Part shown: positions 26,235 to 40,600 of the stretch, in pieces
Position numbering within the stretch: the first letter of the stretch is position 1
Layout of the letters: the number at the start of each line of letters is the position of its first letter
Assembly: GCA_044892525.1 (NCBI GenBank)
Contig: CM097885.1
Span: 44,394,001-44,458,000 of the forward strand
Length of the DNA: 64,000 bases
Source of the DNA: Schmidtea polychroa
Lineage: Eukaryota
Direction: 5' to 3'
Made by a program: the position numbers and the translations under genes
The notes under the pieces: generated by a model
Databases searched by the model: none
Told to the model about the DNA's origin: nothing
Seen by the model: the letters and a program-made list of their open reading frames with translations, nothing else

Positions 26235-28001
26235 GTAAGAGCATTGTAATTTTTGATAACATTTTCATATAATTCTTTAAAATATTTTAATTTTACAAAC
26301 TAAAACTTTTAACGCCAAGTTTCTACAAAAAAAATCGTTTTTCTTTTGGTTCACCTTTGATCGGTTTAATAAATTTTCATTTATCTTCATTTAGATTTCG
26401 GTTATAAAAATCAATGACTTAGACTTGAAACCAAAATGACACTAAATGACAAATTTTTTAATTTTCAATTTCCTTGTGTTTAAATTAATAAAAATATGTA
26501 GCAGTTTATTCATAATCTTAAAAAATGTTTTTAAAAATTTTATTTTATAATTATTTCTCTCCGTCTCAGAATGGCTAATTGCTTATAGTAAAATTGGAAT
26601 GAAATTTTTATTTTACAGAAATTTTACAAAAATTTAAAAATGAAAATCTTTAACTTCAAATCTCTCTTTCTAGTCATTTAAATTAATATGTTATACTTTT
26701 CTGTTGCTTAGAACAATCCTTTTTAGTTTTTAATTTGTTTGGATATGACTTTAAAATGGGTTTCCTTTACAAATAATTTTTTTGAGAAAGAATAAATTGC
26801 CTACCTACGTTTGAAAGCATATTAGAGCAATTTTAAAGCCTTCATATGGTCATATAAAAAATTATTTTATTGTTTAAAAATGTTTTTCTGTCGCTTTTTA
26901 GTGTAATTGCATTCTTTTGGTGCTCTTTGACGATTTTTACAACCCACGGAACATTAAATAGTTTTAGTAGGTATGATACCCATTGGTTTTCAGGGACACA
27001 TTGAGTTCTCTTCCTTTTTGTATATATTACATATTGAATGTAGTTGATCTTAACTTGCTTTAAAAATTATGTGTTAAACATACATGTTGAGTTTTTAATT
27101 AAATAAATATTAACGTCGGTGTTTCTGACTCCATATGTTCAATTAGCTAAACAATATGCTAAACAACACTCAACGTATATTTGTAATAAAATTCGTATAA
27201 ACTAGAATTTACAAAATTCTGAATATCGCAATACAGTGCCGAATCTGACTATTCAATAAGTTTTGCTGTAACCGCTCTGGATCTTCACGTTCTGCAACAA
27301 TAATCACCTCTTTTATTTACTCCGTTAACTTTACTTGATTCCATTTTTCCCTTTCCACTAGTTCTATCTTCTATCTTTAGTTTTTCTTTTTTAGCCTACT
27401 GCCGCTTTTTTCTTCCCTACATGAGACAAAATTCCGATTCTTTCTGAATTTGAGATCCCTAATATAGTTGAAATGATCGCATTGATTAATAATATTTCAA
27501 CTAGATCGTCTACCTTTGACAACATTTGCCACGCGGCCTTTTTCATCTTTACTCCTTCGAAAAAAATAATTAATTGTTTCACCGTGTGTCGGTCTTGTGG
27601 TAATCTTTTCCCCGTTTTCCCACTACTCATGCTGTCATTATAATGGTTCTCCAGAATACACTTTGTTTACTTTACTTTCTGTTTACTTTCTCGGGTTTCC
27701 CTTAATTAATTAATTAATTAATTAACGATTCTTTGTTTTTGTACGTTTCTTTGTACTTCGACTCTATCTAAACACATTCTGATGAATCCGTTCTCGCCAT
27801 GATCCTTCTCATCATCTCCTTAACATCTGGCCAGTTTTTCAATTTTAATTCGATGATTTCTTGGTTTCGAATTTTCACTATTTCTTTTAATTATTTGGAA
27901 ATTTTAAATTTAAGAATCACAGCAGATATAAGAAAGTGAATAATTTGACTTATTTCATTACAATAATATATTATTATATATTTTATTTTTGTTTATCTTA
28001 G

Positions 28002-28128
28002 ACTACAGTTTCGCTGGATAATTTTAATAATATTCTCAGTTGTGACGGCAAGAGCATAGAGAAAGCAGAAATTTTCCAAATGATCAGATGCAGATTACTG
28101 ACTCTTGGGCTTCAGCTCGAGGATTATA
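28002..28128 (+). CDS. KCNT1: Slo2/KCNT exon
   Basis: IEKAEIFQMIRCRLLTLGLQLEDY; AG and GTAAG bounded. Confidence 0.8.
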
Positions 28129-28200
28129 GTAAGAAACTTATCTCACTTTCAAATTATAATTATAAAATTAATTAATTTTAAATTGTTGATTTAATTTCAG

Positions 28201-28300
28201 ATCAAATTACTCCGAATGAGGAAGACGAAAAATTTTACTCATTATCCTACGTTATCACAAATCCCAATCACGACTTACCTCTCCAACCAGGAGACATTAT
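28201..28300 (+). CDS. KCNT1: Slo2/KCNT exon
   Basis: SLSYVITNPNHDLPLQPGDI, the conserved C-terminal RCK2 motif. Confidence 0.88.
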
Positions 28301-28350
28301 GTTTATTATATTCATATTTTCAGACGAATGAATATTTTAAATATTTTTAG

Positions 28351-28666
28351 TTATCTTCTTCGACCCTCCTCACTATCTGACAAAGCTTCTCCCCTCATAG
28401 ATGAGAGAAAAAATCTAGAAATCCAGCGGCTGACTCAAACGAACTTAGCTACCGACAAGTGTCAAAGTCTCCATAATATCAATGAAAATAAAAACGAAAT
28501 ACTCTCCGATAAATATCTGAAAAACCTTGACCGTAACACGAGCCAGAGTTTGTATTCAAATCAACATAAATTCAAATCGGCGTTTGATAAGCAGAAATTT
28601 ATCGTTGGCACTCCTCAAAACTCAATGGACCGAGTAAGTGACAAATTGCTTTACCTTTTTCATTAA
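28351..28666 (+). CDS. KCNT1: KCNT last exon (a GTAAGT donor after 28633 could extend the gene)
   Basis: YLLRPS continues the conserved motif; frame open to TAA at 28666. Confidence 0.75.
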
Positions 28667-28746
28667 GTACTTAAAAGTGGTAGGATAAAATTTTCGGCTT
28701 GGGAAATATTATTTTTATTTTTACAATTCTTTGATAAATTGATCTA

Positions 28747-28930
28747 CCGTATTAGCCCGAATATAACGCGACCCCAAATTTAGAAAAAAAATACTCATAA
28801 AAAAATTTAAATTAAGGGAAATTCAATCAGATAAGCGTTTGGTTAGGTAATTAAAATTTAATTAATTTAAACCAAATTTTAATAAAAATAAAACGTTAAA
28901 AATTGTCGCGTTATATTGGGGCTGATATGG
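28747..28930. mobile_element. Tc1/mariner (pogo-like) MITE
   Basis: TA|CCGTATTAGCCCGAATATAACGCGAC...GTCGCGTTATATTGGGGCTGATATGG|TA. Confidence 0.8.
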
Positions 28931-29106
28931 TATTTTTAATGATGAAAAGATTTTATATAATTAATTAAGAATTTTATTAAAAAAAATTAAATTTATATAA
29001 TTTCATAGAGAAAATTGAAATAAATTACTGAAATAAATTTTTTAAAATAAATCAAAAATAAAATACAATTTTTAATTATTTCTAATCTTTATATATGTAT
29101 CATTAT

Positions 29107-29806
29107 TAGGACCCCGTAAACATTACGACAATCTCTTTAAAAAGTGTAAAAAACATGGCCACCGTGACATCTCGAGTTATGACCCCATCTCATTGTTGTT
29201 TAAAAGAATACAGATGTCCAAATTTAAAATTTTTATCAGTGGGAGGTATTGAGTGAAAACATGACTTGCTTAGCGATGTTTTCAAATTTAAATCCTTGAC
29301 GCTGGGAAGCGTATGTTTCAATGTATAGGCTGATGTTGAGATCAGTGTCAAAGGAATTTGGGGAATAAACAAACAGCATTTTTTGTAAACTGTGGAAAAC
29401 GTTGCACATTTGCAGACCAATAAATTTCTGGTGATATTTCACTTCTCACTTCTTTGTAAGCTGTTATTTTATATTTAGCCTAGGAGTTATTTTTAAGACC
29501 GAGAATGCAATTAGTAAATCCGTCAAACCTTAAAGATTTGGTATGTTGTAAGTCAAAGAATCGTACTACTTTCAAAACTCGAAGCCCGGCTGACAAAAAA
29601 CTCGCTTTCTGTTTGAGTTTTGTTACCATATCTTCAAATGCGTGGCGTTGTTTTGTAAGCAATGGTATAAAAAACGTCATTTCGTAGTTCACGCGCCTCT
29701 TAAGCTTTTTGAGAACTAAAAACTTGTAAGACACGGTAAAACACGGTCATTTGAAAAAATCACGGCATCCGTGTTTTCCGTGTAATCGTGAGTTTTATGG
29801 GCTTTA
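29107..29806 (-). mobile_element. Decayed hAT-like element with C-terminal dimerisation-domain remnant
   Basis: PNSFDTDLNISLY...SQRQGFKFENIAKQVMF resembles a hAT C-terminus; CCGTG/CACGG subterminal motifs. Confidence 0.4.
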
Positions 29807-31469
29807 ATAATCATTTAGGCTCTTGTAGGATTATTTTCCGAGGAATCAATATTATGAATATTATGAATGAAATTAATTTAATTGAGTTTTGATTTTTATA
29901 AAATATATATAAAAACAGCATTCACATAAAAAGTACGAAAGACAAGATATATACATAACTTCAGATAACCACAATTTGTTTAGAAACAAAATTGCAACCT
30001 TCTCACCTTTAATGCAAGCGATTAAGTACTTTTGAAAAGTTGTCTCCTTTTATTTCTTCTATTTATGTCTTTGGATACTTATCATGCGAAAGTCATTTAG
30101 TTTATTCTTTACTATGGTTAGTCGCAACTAGATCTTTTCACTGAGTGAAATGTTAAATGACCTTTCGGTGTACAAGAACTTTTTCTAAGTGTCAAATCGA
30201 AATTATTGCTTAAAAGCCGAAGAACAAAATACCGACGAATGTCGTAGATTAAATTCTCAATTCCCTTATTTATTCTTATAAACAAATCCAAATTGCGGCA
30301 TCTAATAGCAAAAACGCAATGTAAACAAATTACGAAATTTCGTTTGAAATTTGTTATTGCATTCATATTTTCCAACAAAAGACATCCTAAAAATTATTCC
30401 CTGCATGTTTAAATCAAAAACTCTGTTTGCAATTGATTGTTCTTAACACTTGAAATATCAGGAAACTCTTCGACAATAGTTGAGAAAAGTGCAATATTAT
30501 TTATAGCTTCTATATTGCGGTCTCTTAAATATATAGATAAAAAATATAATGTCCTTCTCCTTAAAAACTTACATATATCACTTTAAATGTGAATTGAATT
30601 ACACTTTTGATCACTAGAAATATTTTCTCAGATTACATTCAAACTAAGTCTAAAATTCGATTGGATAGTGTTCTGATCTCGTTAATCAATAAACATGTAA
30701 TTGATGTAATGCCACATACATTGTAGAGACAGCCCGTCATCTCTGTATTTGAGCTCGTGAACATTACAGACCGAAGGCATTGACCAATATTAGTGAGCAC
30801 AATAATTTTTATGAGAAAATTATGTATGTCTGATTTTTCAATTAAATAAATTTTCTAATTTATTTATTATAAAAACTTCTTTCGATTTTCACCTCTGATT
30901 TCTTATCAATTGGCATTGTATTTATAAAAAGTTGACTATGAATTAGTAAAGATATAAAAAACATCGATATCTTTACTAATTTATTTATTTCATTATGGAG
31001 AATCTCATGCTCAAATGAAGCAAAAATATCAAAAAGTGTCCCAACTTAATAAAATATTATATTTGTCAACATGTCGATGGTTTTTGATTTTTTGATTTTG
31101 CAACTTTATTTACTGTTACGGTTACATATGCAAATAATAGGATCAGTGGCTTAATTGTAACTCGGAACCTCTGTCTAATTCCTGCAAAATCTATGAGTGG
31201 GGTCCTAAGCTGTGACAACAATTAGGTATATATTAATTAAATATTTTTACAAAAAGAGTAATTTTATATTTATCTAAATTTCATAAAAAGTACAATTATT
31301 ATTATCAAATAAAAATATCAAATTGTTGCAGAAAAAACAAGAATTATTTATATTAGATAAACAACAAGTTACATCATAAAATGTAAATAGAAAACTTATA
31401 AATAAACTAATAAATATATTTTCTCCCAAAGTTGTATTGATACAATTATAATTAATTGTCATGCGTTGT

Positions 31470-32000
31470 CATTATTGTTGCAATGTGATCCAGAAATTCC
31501 ATTTTAATGATGCCTCATATGTCCCATAACACAGTCAGTATGGCAGCCCGTTCATGAGATATTCGATGTGGAGCTTCCATAAGTCTGATTCATTTGGCAT
31601 TCGCCACTCTGAGAAGTCTCTTTTGCTCTTGTGGACATAGATGATGATGGGAGTTTTATCTTAGGTCACAATATTTTGAAGAAAAGCATCACCATATTTG
31701 TAGAAGTTTCAGGTTGGATTTGAGCAACTATTTCACTACTAATGAATCTGGGAACAATGCCGAAATCCTTTAAGATTGCATGAGTAGAGAAAATGCTGGT
31801 GTAGAGATGTTTTATAGTTCACTGATGCTGATTCTGCGTTCAGGGAGAACAATTTTCTGCCACAATTGTCGTTTATCATCGGAAATTTCAGTCGGTCTTC
31901 CTTTTTCCTCGTTGAAACCTGACTGCCAGCCTCGTCTAAACTTTTCAATTCAGCTGTAAATCGTTGAAAGAACTGAGTAAAGGTCTGGGTAGACCGACTG
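31470..32000 (-). pseudogene. Mariner transposase relic
   Basis: KFRRGWQS..KGRP, IVPRF, FLQNIVT*DKT, TVLWDI*GIIKMEFL with stops and frameshifts. Confidence 0.65.
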
Positions 32001-33785
32001 TAGCTGTTGAATGATATCTTTATTCTTAGTACCTTTCAGCATAAGGACTTAGATGACACTGCGATATTCTAAGCTTGATGACATAATCTGTACTAAAATG
32101 ATAAAACTGGCCTTACTCTTTCAACTAAGAAACATCATAAACACGGCAATGGTAAATAAATAGTTATTAAGGTGACCGCTATTTATAGTAACAACGTCAC
32201 TATTTCCATCACTATCACCCTAGTCCAGAGGCTTATCTAACCAACCACATATTGGCACATTTTGGGTTTATTATTACTTATTATTGAATCTATCGCATTG
32301 AGGAGAGATATTATAATTATTTCCAAATACACTTTTATTGATTAAAATTATTTATATATATGTAATTAGTAGATGCTTTTTTAATCACACATATAAAAGG
32401 TTTTTGAATCAAGAATTTAAATATAAAAAATTTTCTTCGGGATACCCAATCAAAAAGAGTTTGTCTTAGGGGTATGCAACCAAACAAATTTGGAGACCAC
32501 TGTAATAGAAAATTGTTTTTAGGAAGTCTTGAAATTTCAATTCGCACTGAATAATTTAATGTTAAAATTAATTAATCAAATTATATTTTTGATTTATTAT
32601 TAGATTGAATGAAGTGGAATATTGCCGAGAATGTTCGCGGTTCGTCATTGTGATAAGTATTTAGTTTGCTTGAAATATCGCATGTAATTTTATTAATTGG
32701 TGTAGTTCGCTTTAACTAGACATAGATATTTTTCTGCAATTTTTCATAGACTTATGAACATTGTTTTAGTAAAATTCTTCAATTTTTGGTTCACCATTGA
32801 TCTTTTTTCATTTATATTTCATTTATTGAAAATATGAAGTAGAAATATTTTTAAATATTCAGACAATAATATAAAGTGAAAAATATAAAAAATTACACTG
32901 AAATCTCTATATTCCAGATATTATATGGTTCGGAATCTGAAATTATACATGTTTGATCTAACCATGAGCGAGATCTCGTTTCGTTCTCGTTTCTCGCGAG
33001 AAGTAAAACGAGACTTAAATATTATATTATTTTCCAAATTATAAAAATAATATTATTAACAAAATGCCAATAATTTGTTTTTTAATTAACCCTCTAATTC
33101 CTAACTCCGACTCAAAGCGGACAACAATTAATCCCATATAATGCCAAATTCAAATATTGTATAGGTTCGATAACTAACGACGATTAAACACTATGAAAAA
33201 CACGTGAATCTTAAGTGACAATATACCGATAACAAAACATTGAATACAGATTTATTTTCAGCGGCATTCATTTATGTAAGGAGAGTTTTTGCACTACGAT
33301 AAAAAAATTTGGCATATTACGTTTATAAATATTTTAAATAATATTTTGTAATTTTCCAAATGATTCATGTTGGTTGAATTGGTTTAAATTTTAAGTATTT
33401 TTTTTTTCACATTTTCAAGTAAAAATATCCAAAATATTAATTTAAATTTATTATTAATTCAATTCCCCATTTTATTCTTAACACTGTATTTTTAATTTAA
33501 TATATTATATTATCAAAGTTTAAAAAATACTTTTACTGAATATTCAAGAAAAATTTTAGAAATACAAAATTTAGTTTATAAGTGAAAAATATTTAAAATT
33601 TATTATAAAACGGGATTTTTTAAAAAAAAAGGATTTATTATTTAGATTATAAATATTTGTATAAAATTAGTTTTTAGAAATAAATCTCGGTAATTAAAAT
33701 TTAAATATTTTTAAATATTTTCATGTTTCTATATCATTTTAATATTTCTTACTTACTTTATATCATTTACAATATGCTGCTGCCA

Positions 33786-33906
<121 letters not shown>

Positions 33907-34330
33907 TAGATTATTTTTCAAAGTCAAAGTTTCGAAAAGATTAATGAAGATTCAATTCTGTAAAAGCCGAATAAAAACGATTTGTGTTTTGATTTGGTTG
34001 TTAAATTATTTTGACCATTTTCCTCAAGGTTTACTATGTGTATCATATGTTTTATAATTTTATAATATTTTCCAATTAAATTTTCTTCAATTAATTTTCA
34101 TGGCATTTAATTTCCAAAATCTGTTCAAATTAATTCAAATAAAATTTGTCGTTGAATTTTTTTGTATTTAATATAAGCAGTTAGGATAAAATATTTAATC
34201 CACAAATATATAAATGACTGATAAATTAATATAAAAATTATTTAAAAATTAAATGCATTTATGAATTGTTATTATATTAGATATGTCATTATTTTGTAGT
34301 AATTTTACGAATATCAGCTTTAACATTAGG

Positions 34331-37300
34331 AGTAGGTAGATAGTAGCCCGCGGGAACAATTACCCCCCCGGGGGGGGGGGGGGGGGGGGTTTGTTCCCAA
34401 CTTTTTATTACGCAATTGTTCCCAACTCATTTTTTTGCTTTCAGGGATTTTTGGTCCAAATTTTTTTTTATCATACTATAGTGAGGGGGTCTCGATGGTC
34501 CTGGGATTTTCAATACAAAAATTTTTTTTCAATACAAAAATCCGACTATCAATAAAAAAGCCAAGGAATTTTCAGACTATAGTGAGGGTCTCTCGATGGT
34601 CCTGGGATTTTCAATACAAAAAAATTTTTTTCAATACAAAAACGATGCTCCTGGGATTTTCAATACAAATAAAATTTTTTCTATACAAAAATCCGACTAC
34701 CACTAAAAAAGCCAAGGATTTTTCAGACTATAGTGAGGCGAGTCTCCTTGGTCCTGAGAAATAGGTGGTCTACACTAAAAAAACGTGATAATTTAAGGTC
34801 TCAGGATATTTTCAATACAAAAATCTGGTCTACACTAAAAAAGCCAAGGATTTTTCAGACTATAGTGAGGGGGGTCTCCTTGGTCCTGAGAAATAGGTGG
34901 TCTACACTAAAAACGTGGTAAATTTTTCAATTAAAGTAAATTATGGTTCTAAAAATTGAAATTAAAGTAAATAATGGTCCAGATTTTTAAATTACAGTAA
35001 ATTATGGTCCAAATTTTTAAATTAAAGTAAATTATGGTTCTAAAATATTAAATTACAGTAAATTATGGTCAAAAATTTAGAATTACAGTAAATTATGGTC
35101 CAAATTTTTCAATTACAGTAAATAATGGTTATAAAAAATTAAATTATAGTAAATAATGGCTCAAATTTTTAAATTACAGTAAATTATGGTCCAAATTTAT
35201 AAATTAAAGTAAATTATGGCTCAAATTTTTCAATTACAGTAAATAATGGTTCTAAAAATTGAATTACAGTAAATAATGGTTCTAAAAATTAAATTAAAGT
35301 AAATTATGGTTCTAAAATATTAAATTAAAGTAAATAATGGTCCAGATTTTTCAATTAAAGTAAATAATGGTCCAAATTTTAAAATTAAACTAAATTATGG
35401 TTCTAAAAATTAAATTATAGTAAATTATGGCTCAAATTTTTAAATTACAGTAAATTATGGTCCTAAAAAATTAAATTAAAGTAAATTATGGCTCAAATTT
35501 TTCAATTACAGTAAATAATGGTTCTAAAAATTGAATTAAAGTAAATTATGGTCCAAATTTTTGAATTAAAGTAAATTATGGTTCTAAAAATTAAATTAAA
35601 AGTAAATTATGGTCCAAAATTTTCAAATAAAGTAAATAATGGTCCAAATTTTGAATTACAGTAAATTATGGTTCTAAAAATTAAATTAAAATAATTATGG
35701 TCCAAATTTTAAAATTAAAGTAAATTTAGGTTCTAAAAATTAAATTAAAGTTAATTAAGGTCCAAATTTTTAAATTAAGTAATCAATGGTAAAAAATTTT
35801 AAATAAGTAAATTAAAGTAATAATTTTTAAATTAAGTAATCAATGGTAAAAAATTTTAAATAAGTAAATTAAAGTAAGATTTTAAAATTTATTAACAAAA
35901 AGTTGAAGGTTTTTGAGAATTGAAATTTTTTAATGAAAATTTTTATGGAATAATTTTTTAAGTAATTTTTAATGGAAATTTTTATGAAATATTTTTCAAT
36001 GATAATTTTAGATGGAAATTTTTAAGATAATTTTTAATGAAAATTTTTATGAAATATTTTTCAAAGACAAATTTTAATAATAATTCAACAACAAACCAAC
36101 AACTTAGTACCAACAACCAGTAACTTATGAACATGTATTAACAACCAGATACCTACAGCTAGTTACTAACAACCAGTTACCTGATACCAGATACTTACAA
36201 CTAGATACCTACAACTAGTTACCTGATACCAACTACTAACAACCACCTACCCATTAACTAGCTACAACCAGCTAACAACTAGCTACCACCTAGCAAGTAC
36301 TAACAACCACCATCAACCAGGTACTAAGCATTATTAACCAACTACCAAGTACTTACAACAAGTTACTAACAACCAGTTACCTGATACCAAGTACCTACAA
36401 CTAGATACCACGTACTAAATAACTCTCAAACAACCAAGTACATACAACTAATTACCAGATACCAAGTACTATCAACCAGCTAACAACCTGATACCAACAA
36501 CTAACAACCAACTACCAAGTACTTACAACTAGTTACTAACAACCAGTTACCTGATACCAAGTACCTACAACTAGATACCACGTACTAAATAACTCTCAAA
36601 CAACCAAGTACCTACAACTAATTACCAGATACCAAGTACTATCAACCAGCTAACAACCTGATACCAACTACTCACAACCAGATAACAACTAACAACCAGA
36701 TATCAAGTACTTACAACTAGTTACTAACAACTAGCTACCAACTACTAAGTACTAACAACCAACATCAACCAGGTACTAAGCATTATCAACCAAGTACTAA
36801 CAACTAGATACCCAGTTACTAACAACCCGCTAACAACTAACAACTAGATACCAAGTACCAGTAAATTACGAACATGTATTAACAACCAGATACCTACAAC
36901 TAGTTACTAACAACTAGTTACCTGATAGCAACCAACTAGCTACCAACTACTAAGTACCTACAACCAACATCAACCAGGTACTAAGCATTAATTACCAACT
37001 ACTAAGTACCTACAACCAACTAACAACCACCTACCAAGTACTAAGCATTATCAACCAACTACTTAGTACCTACAACCAACTAGCTACCACCTACCATGTA
37101 CTAACAACCAGTTACCAACTACTAAGCATTAATTACCTACAACTAGTGACTAACAACTAGCTACCAAGTACATACAACCAGACACTAAGCATTATCAACC
37201 AAGTACTAACAACCAAGTAACTTGCCTAGTACTAAGCACTGTCAACTAGATACCAAACACTTACAACCAGATGACCACATGAAATTATTGGTTAAATATG

Positions 37301-37584
37301 AAAATAAGGATTATATTTAGTTGTTAAATAAATTATGGTGTAAAATTAAGAAATAAAGAATAATTAGGTAAATTAAGGATAAGTAAATTAAAGTTAAAAA
37401 TTTTAAATTAAAGAAAACAATGGTTCAAAATTTAAAATTAAGTATCCAATGGTTCAAATTTTAAATTAAAGCTAAATAAGTAAATTAAAGTAAGATTTTT
37501 AAATTTATTATCAAAAGATTGAATAACCACCAACTTTTTTGAGAAATGTAATTTATAATGAAAATTTAAATGGAAATTTAAATG

Positions 37585-37630
<46 letters not shown>

Positions 37631-40600
37631 TATAATAAAAATACTAATAATTCAACAGTTACCAACAATCGGTTACTGATTATTTTTTAACTAGGTGCTA
37701 ACAAATACTTACACCATGATACCACGTACTAACTAACTCTCAAACAACCAGATACTTACAACTAACTACTAAATATTCTTTATTGTATTTTATGAAATGC
37801 TTTTTAAATTAATTTTTTATCTATCTTCAAAAATATATTTAATTACAATCATTAGAAAAACCTTTTCAAATTTAACAAAAATGTTGATTTTCATCAAAAA
37901 ACCACAACTCATCACCACGTGGAATTCAAAATAATTTTAATTACAATGAAAGACTAATGAATTCTAATTTACAAAACATTCTTCTTTTAAATGATAACTT
38001 ATTATTGCAATGTAAAAATCGCATTCAATAAATACTTATTGTTGATCAGTTTTATTATATATACTCTGAGTTTATCCGACAGGATGTTTTGACCCCCTAA
38101 GGGTACAGGTCGTAAGGGTACTGGTCGTAAGGATATTGCTAACTCTCAACCCCCACCTACCCATTAACCACCTAACAAGTACCAACAACCAAGTCTCAAA
38201 CAACTAAATACTAAACACTAACAACCAACAACAACCAGGTACTAAGCATTATCAACCTACAACTATATAACAACAATCAGTAAACAACACTGTACCAACT
38301 ACCAAATACAAGAAACCAACAACTTAGTACCAACAATCAACTAACAACACATAAAAATAATAGCAATTAAATAAAAAAATTATTCTTCATCGCATACACT
38401 ATTTTCTTATCAAAATCTAAAAAGTCAACCAACTACTTACAACCAACAACTATGTACTAACAAATTGATCTTTAAAAGCAAATACTCATCACTTGAAAAA
38501 ATTAGATGAAAAATTAATTGAACTCAAGTCACTTTTAAGATATTTGAACTCAAGGCATCAATAACTTGGTAAAAATTGATTAAATTATTGTAAAAATTTA
38601 AATTATTCAAAATATACTAAATTAAAAAAATATAATTAATAGACAAAAAAGAACTTTAAATTCTAGTCATTGATCATTCAAGTTAATATGAATCAACTAA
38701 GATAATAAATTAATAAGAATTTTGAAATAAGATCTAGTAGATAATTGATTTAGATTGAATAAATTAATTTAAATAAAATAAAATTTAATTATTTTTGTAA
38801 AAGTAATACATGTACTCAAATTGATTGACTGATTTCTCAATATATTCAAAAAATCAGTATAAATTCATTACAATTATCAAAGTCAGCAATCTACAATAAA
38901 AATAATTATCATTAAATTCCAAAAGAGACTAGATAACTAATGATAACATCTAACAAACCAGTAAATTCATTTAAATGACAATAATTGGTATATCCAAGTG
39001 AATTCTCCAATAAAATCATCTAAAAAGAATCATTTTCCCCTAAATATATCAATATTTAAAGATTGGTATTTTAATGATAAGTACTTGTTAAAGATCATAT
39101 ATTCACCTCAAACTAACAAGATTCCTTAAAATCCCCTTAAATGACTACATTTCTATCCTTAATTCATATTATTACAAATATCATCTAAAAAGCATCAAAT
39201 TTCATTGAAATAACACTATCTTTAAAGATTGATATTTTAATGATAAGTACCCTTAAAAGACTATATATTCACCTCAAACTAACAAGATTCCTTAAAATCT
39301 CTTAAATGACTATATTTCTACCCTTAATCCATATTATTACAAATATTTCACTAAAATCATCTAAAAAGCATCAAATTTCCCTGAAATAACTATCTTTAAA
39401 GATTAGTATTTTATCGATAAATATCCTTAAAAGGTTATATATTTACCTCAGACTAATAAGATTGCTTAAAATCCCCTTTAAATGACTTTAATTCCTATTA
39501 TCACGAATATTATAAAACATGTAAAATAATTTGGTCATTAACCCTAAATAATTGATAAAATCTAATGATAAAACCGGTTATAATTAACTTTTTGTTAATC
39601 ACTGTACTCGAAATTTAAAATAAATATAACTGACTAGGTCCCATTAAAAGATTAAATTTATCCATTCAATAAAATATATTTCTTCAAATGATCATTTTAC
39701 CGATATTCAACCGATTTAATTACTAATTAAAATCAAGATTTCTTTCAATAAAGATCAATTTTATTTAGTCGATGTTTTAAGTCCATATTTCTAAACTTTT
39801 GTCATTCTCCGTCTAAATAAAGATAAAAATAAATTAAAGTTGAAGTCAATCCCAATTATCTATAAAGATTTCATTGTCAAAACCAAGTAAATCGATCATT
39901 ATCCCTACTTAATAGAACATTGTTCTAAATTAATTTACTGTGCATTAATCACAATCTAATAAAACGATATAATTATTATTGATACATAACTGACTAATTG
40001 ACATTTCCCTTAAAACATTGATATTTTACCAACAGCATACTTAAAAAATCATATATTCCCATCTTAACCCATCTCTCATTAAATTCAATCGACTATATCC
40101 CCCTTACAATGATATATTCCCAACTTATCTGATCTCTCATTAAATCTAACCGACTATATCCCCTTAAAAAATTATATATTCCCATCTTAACCCATCTCTC
40201 ATTAAATTCAATCGACTATATCCCCCTTACAATGATATATTCCCAACTTATCTGATCTCTCATTAAATCTAACCGACTATATCCCCTTAAAAAATCATAT
40301 ATTCCCATCTTAACCCATCTCTCATTAAATTCAATCGACTATATCCCCCTTACAATGATATATTCCCAACTTATCTGATCTCTCATTAAAATCAATCGAC
40401 TATATCCCCCTTACAATGATATATTTCCATCTTATCTGATCTCTCATTAAATCTAACCGACTATATCCCCTTAAAAAATCATATATTCCCACCTTATCTG
40501 ATCTCTCATTAAATCTAACCGACTATATCCCTTTAAAAATCATATATTCCCATCTTAACCCATCCCTCATTAAATCTCACCGACAATATCCCATCTTATC

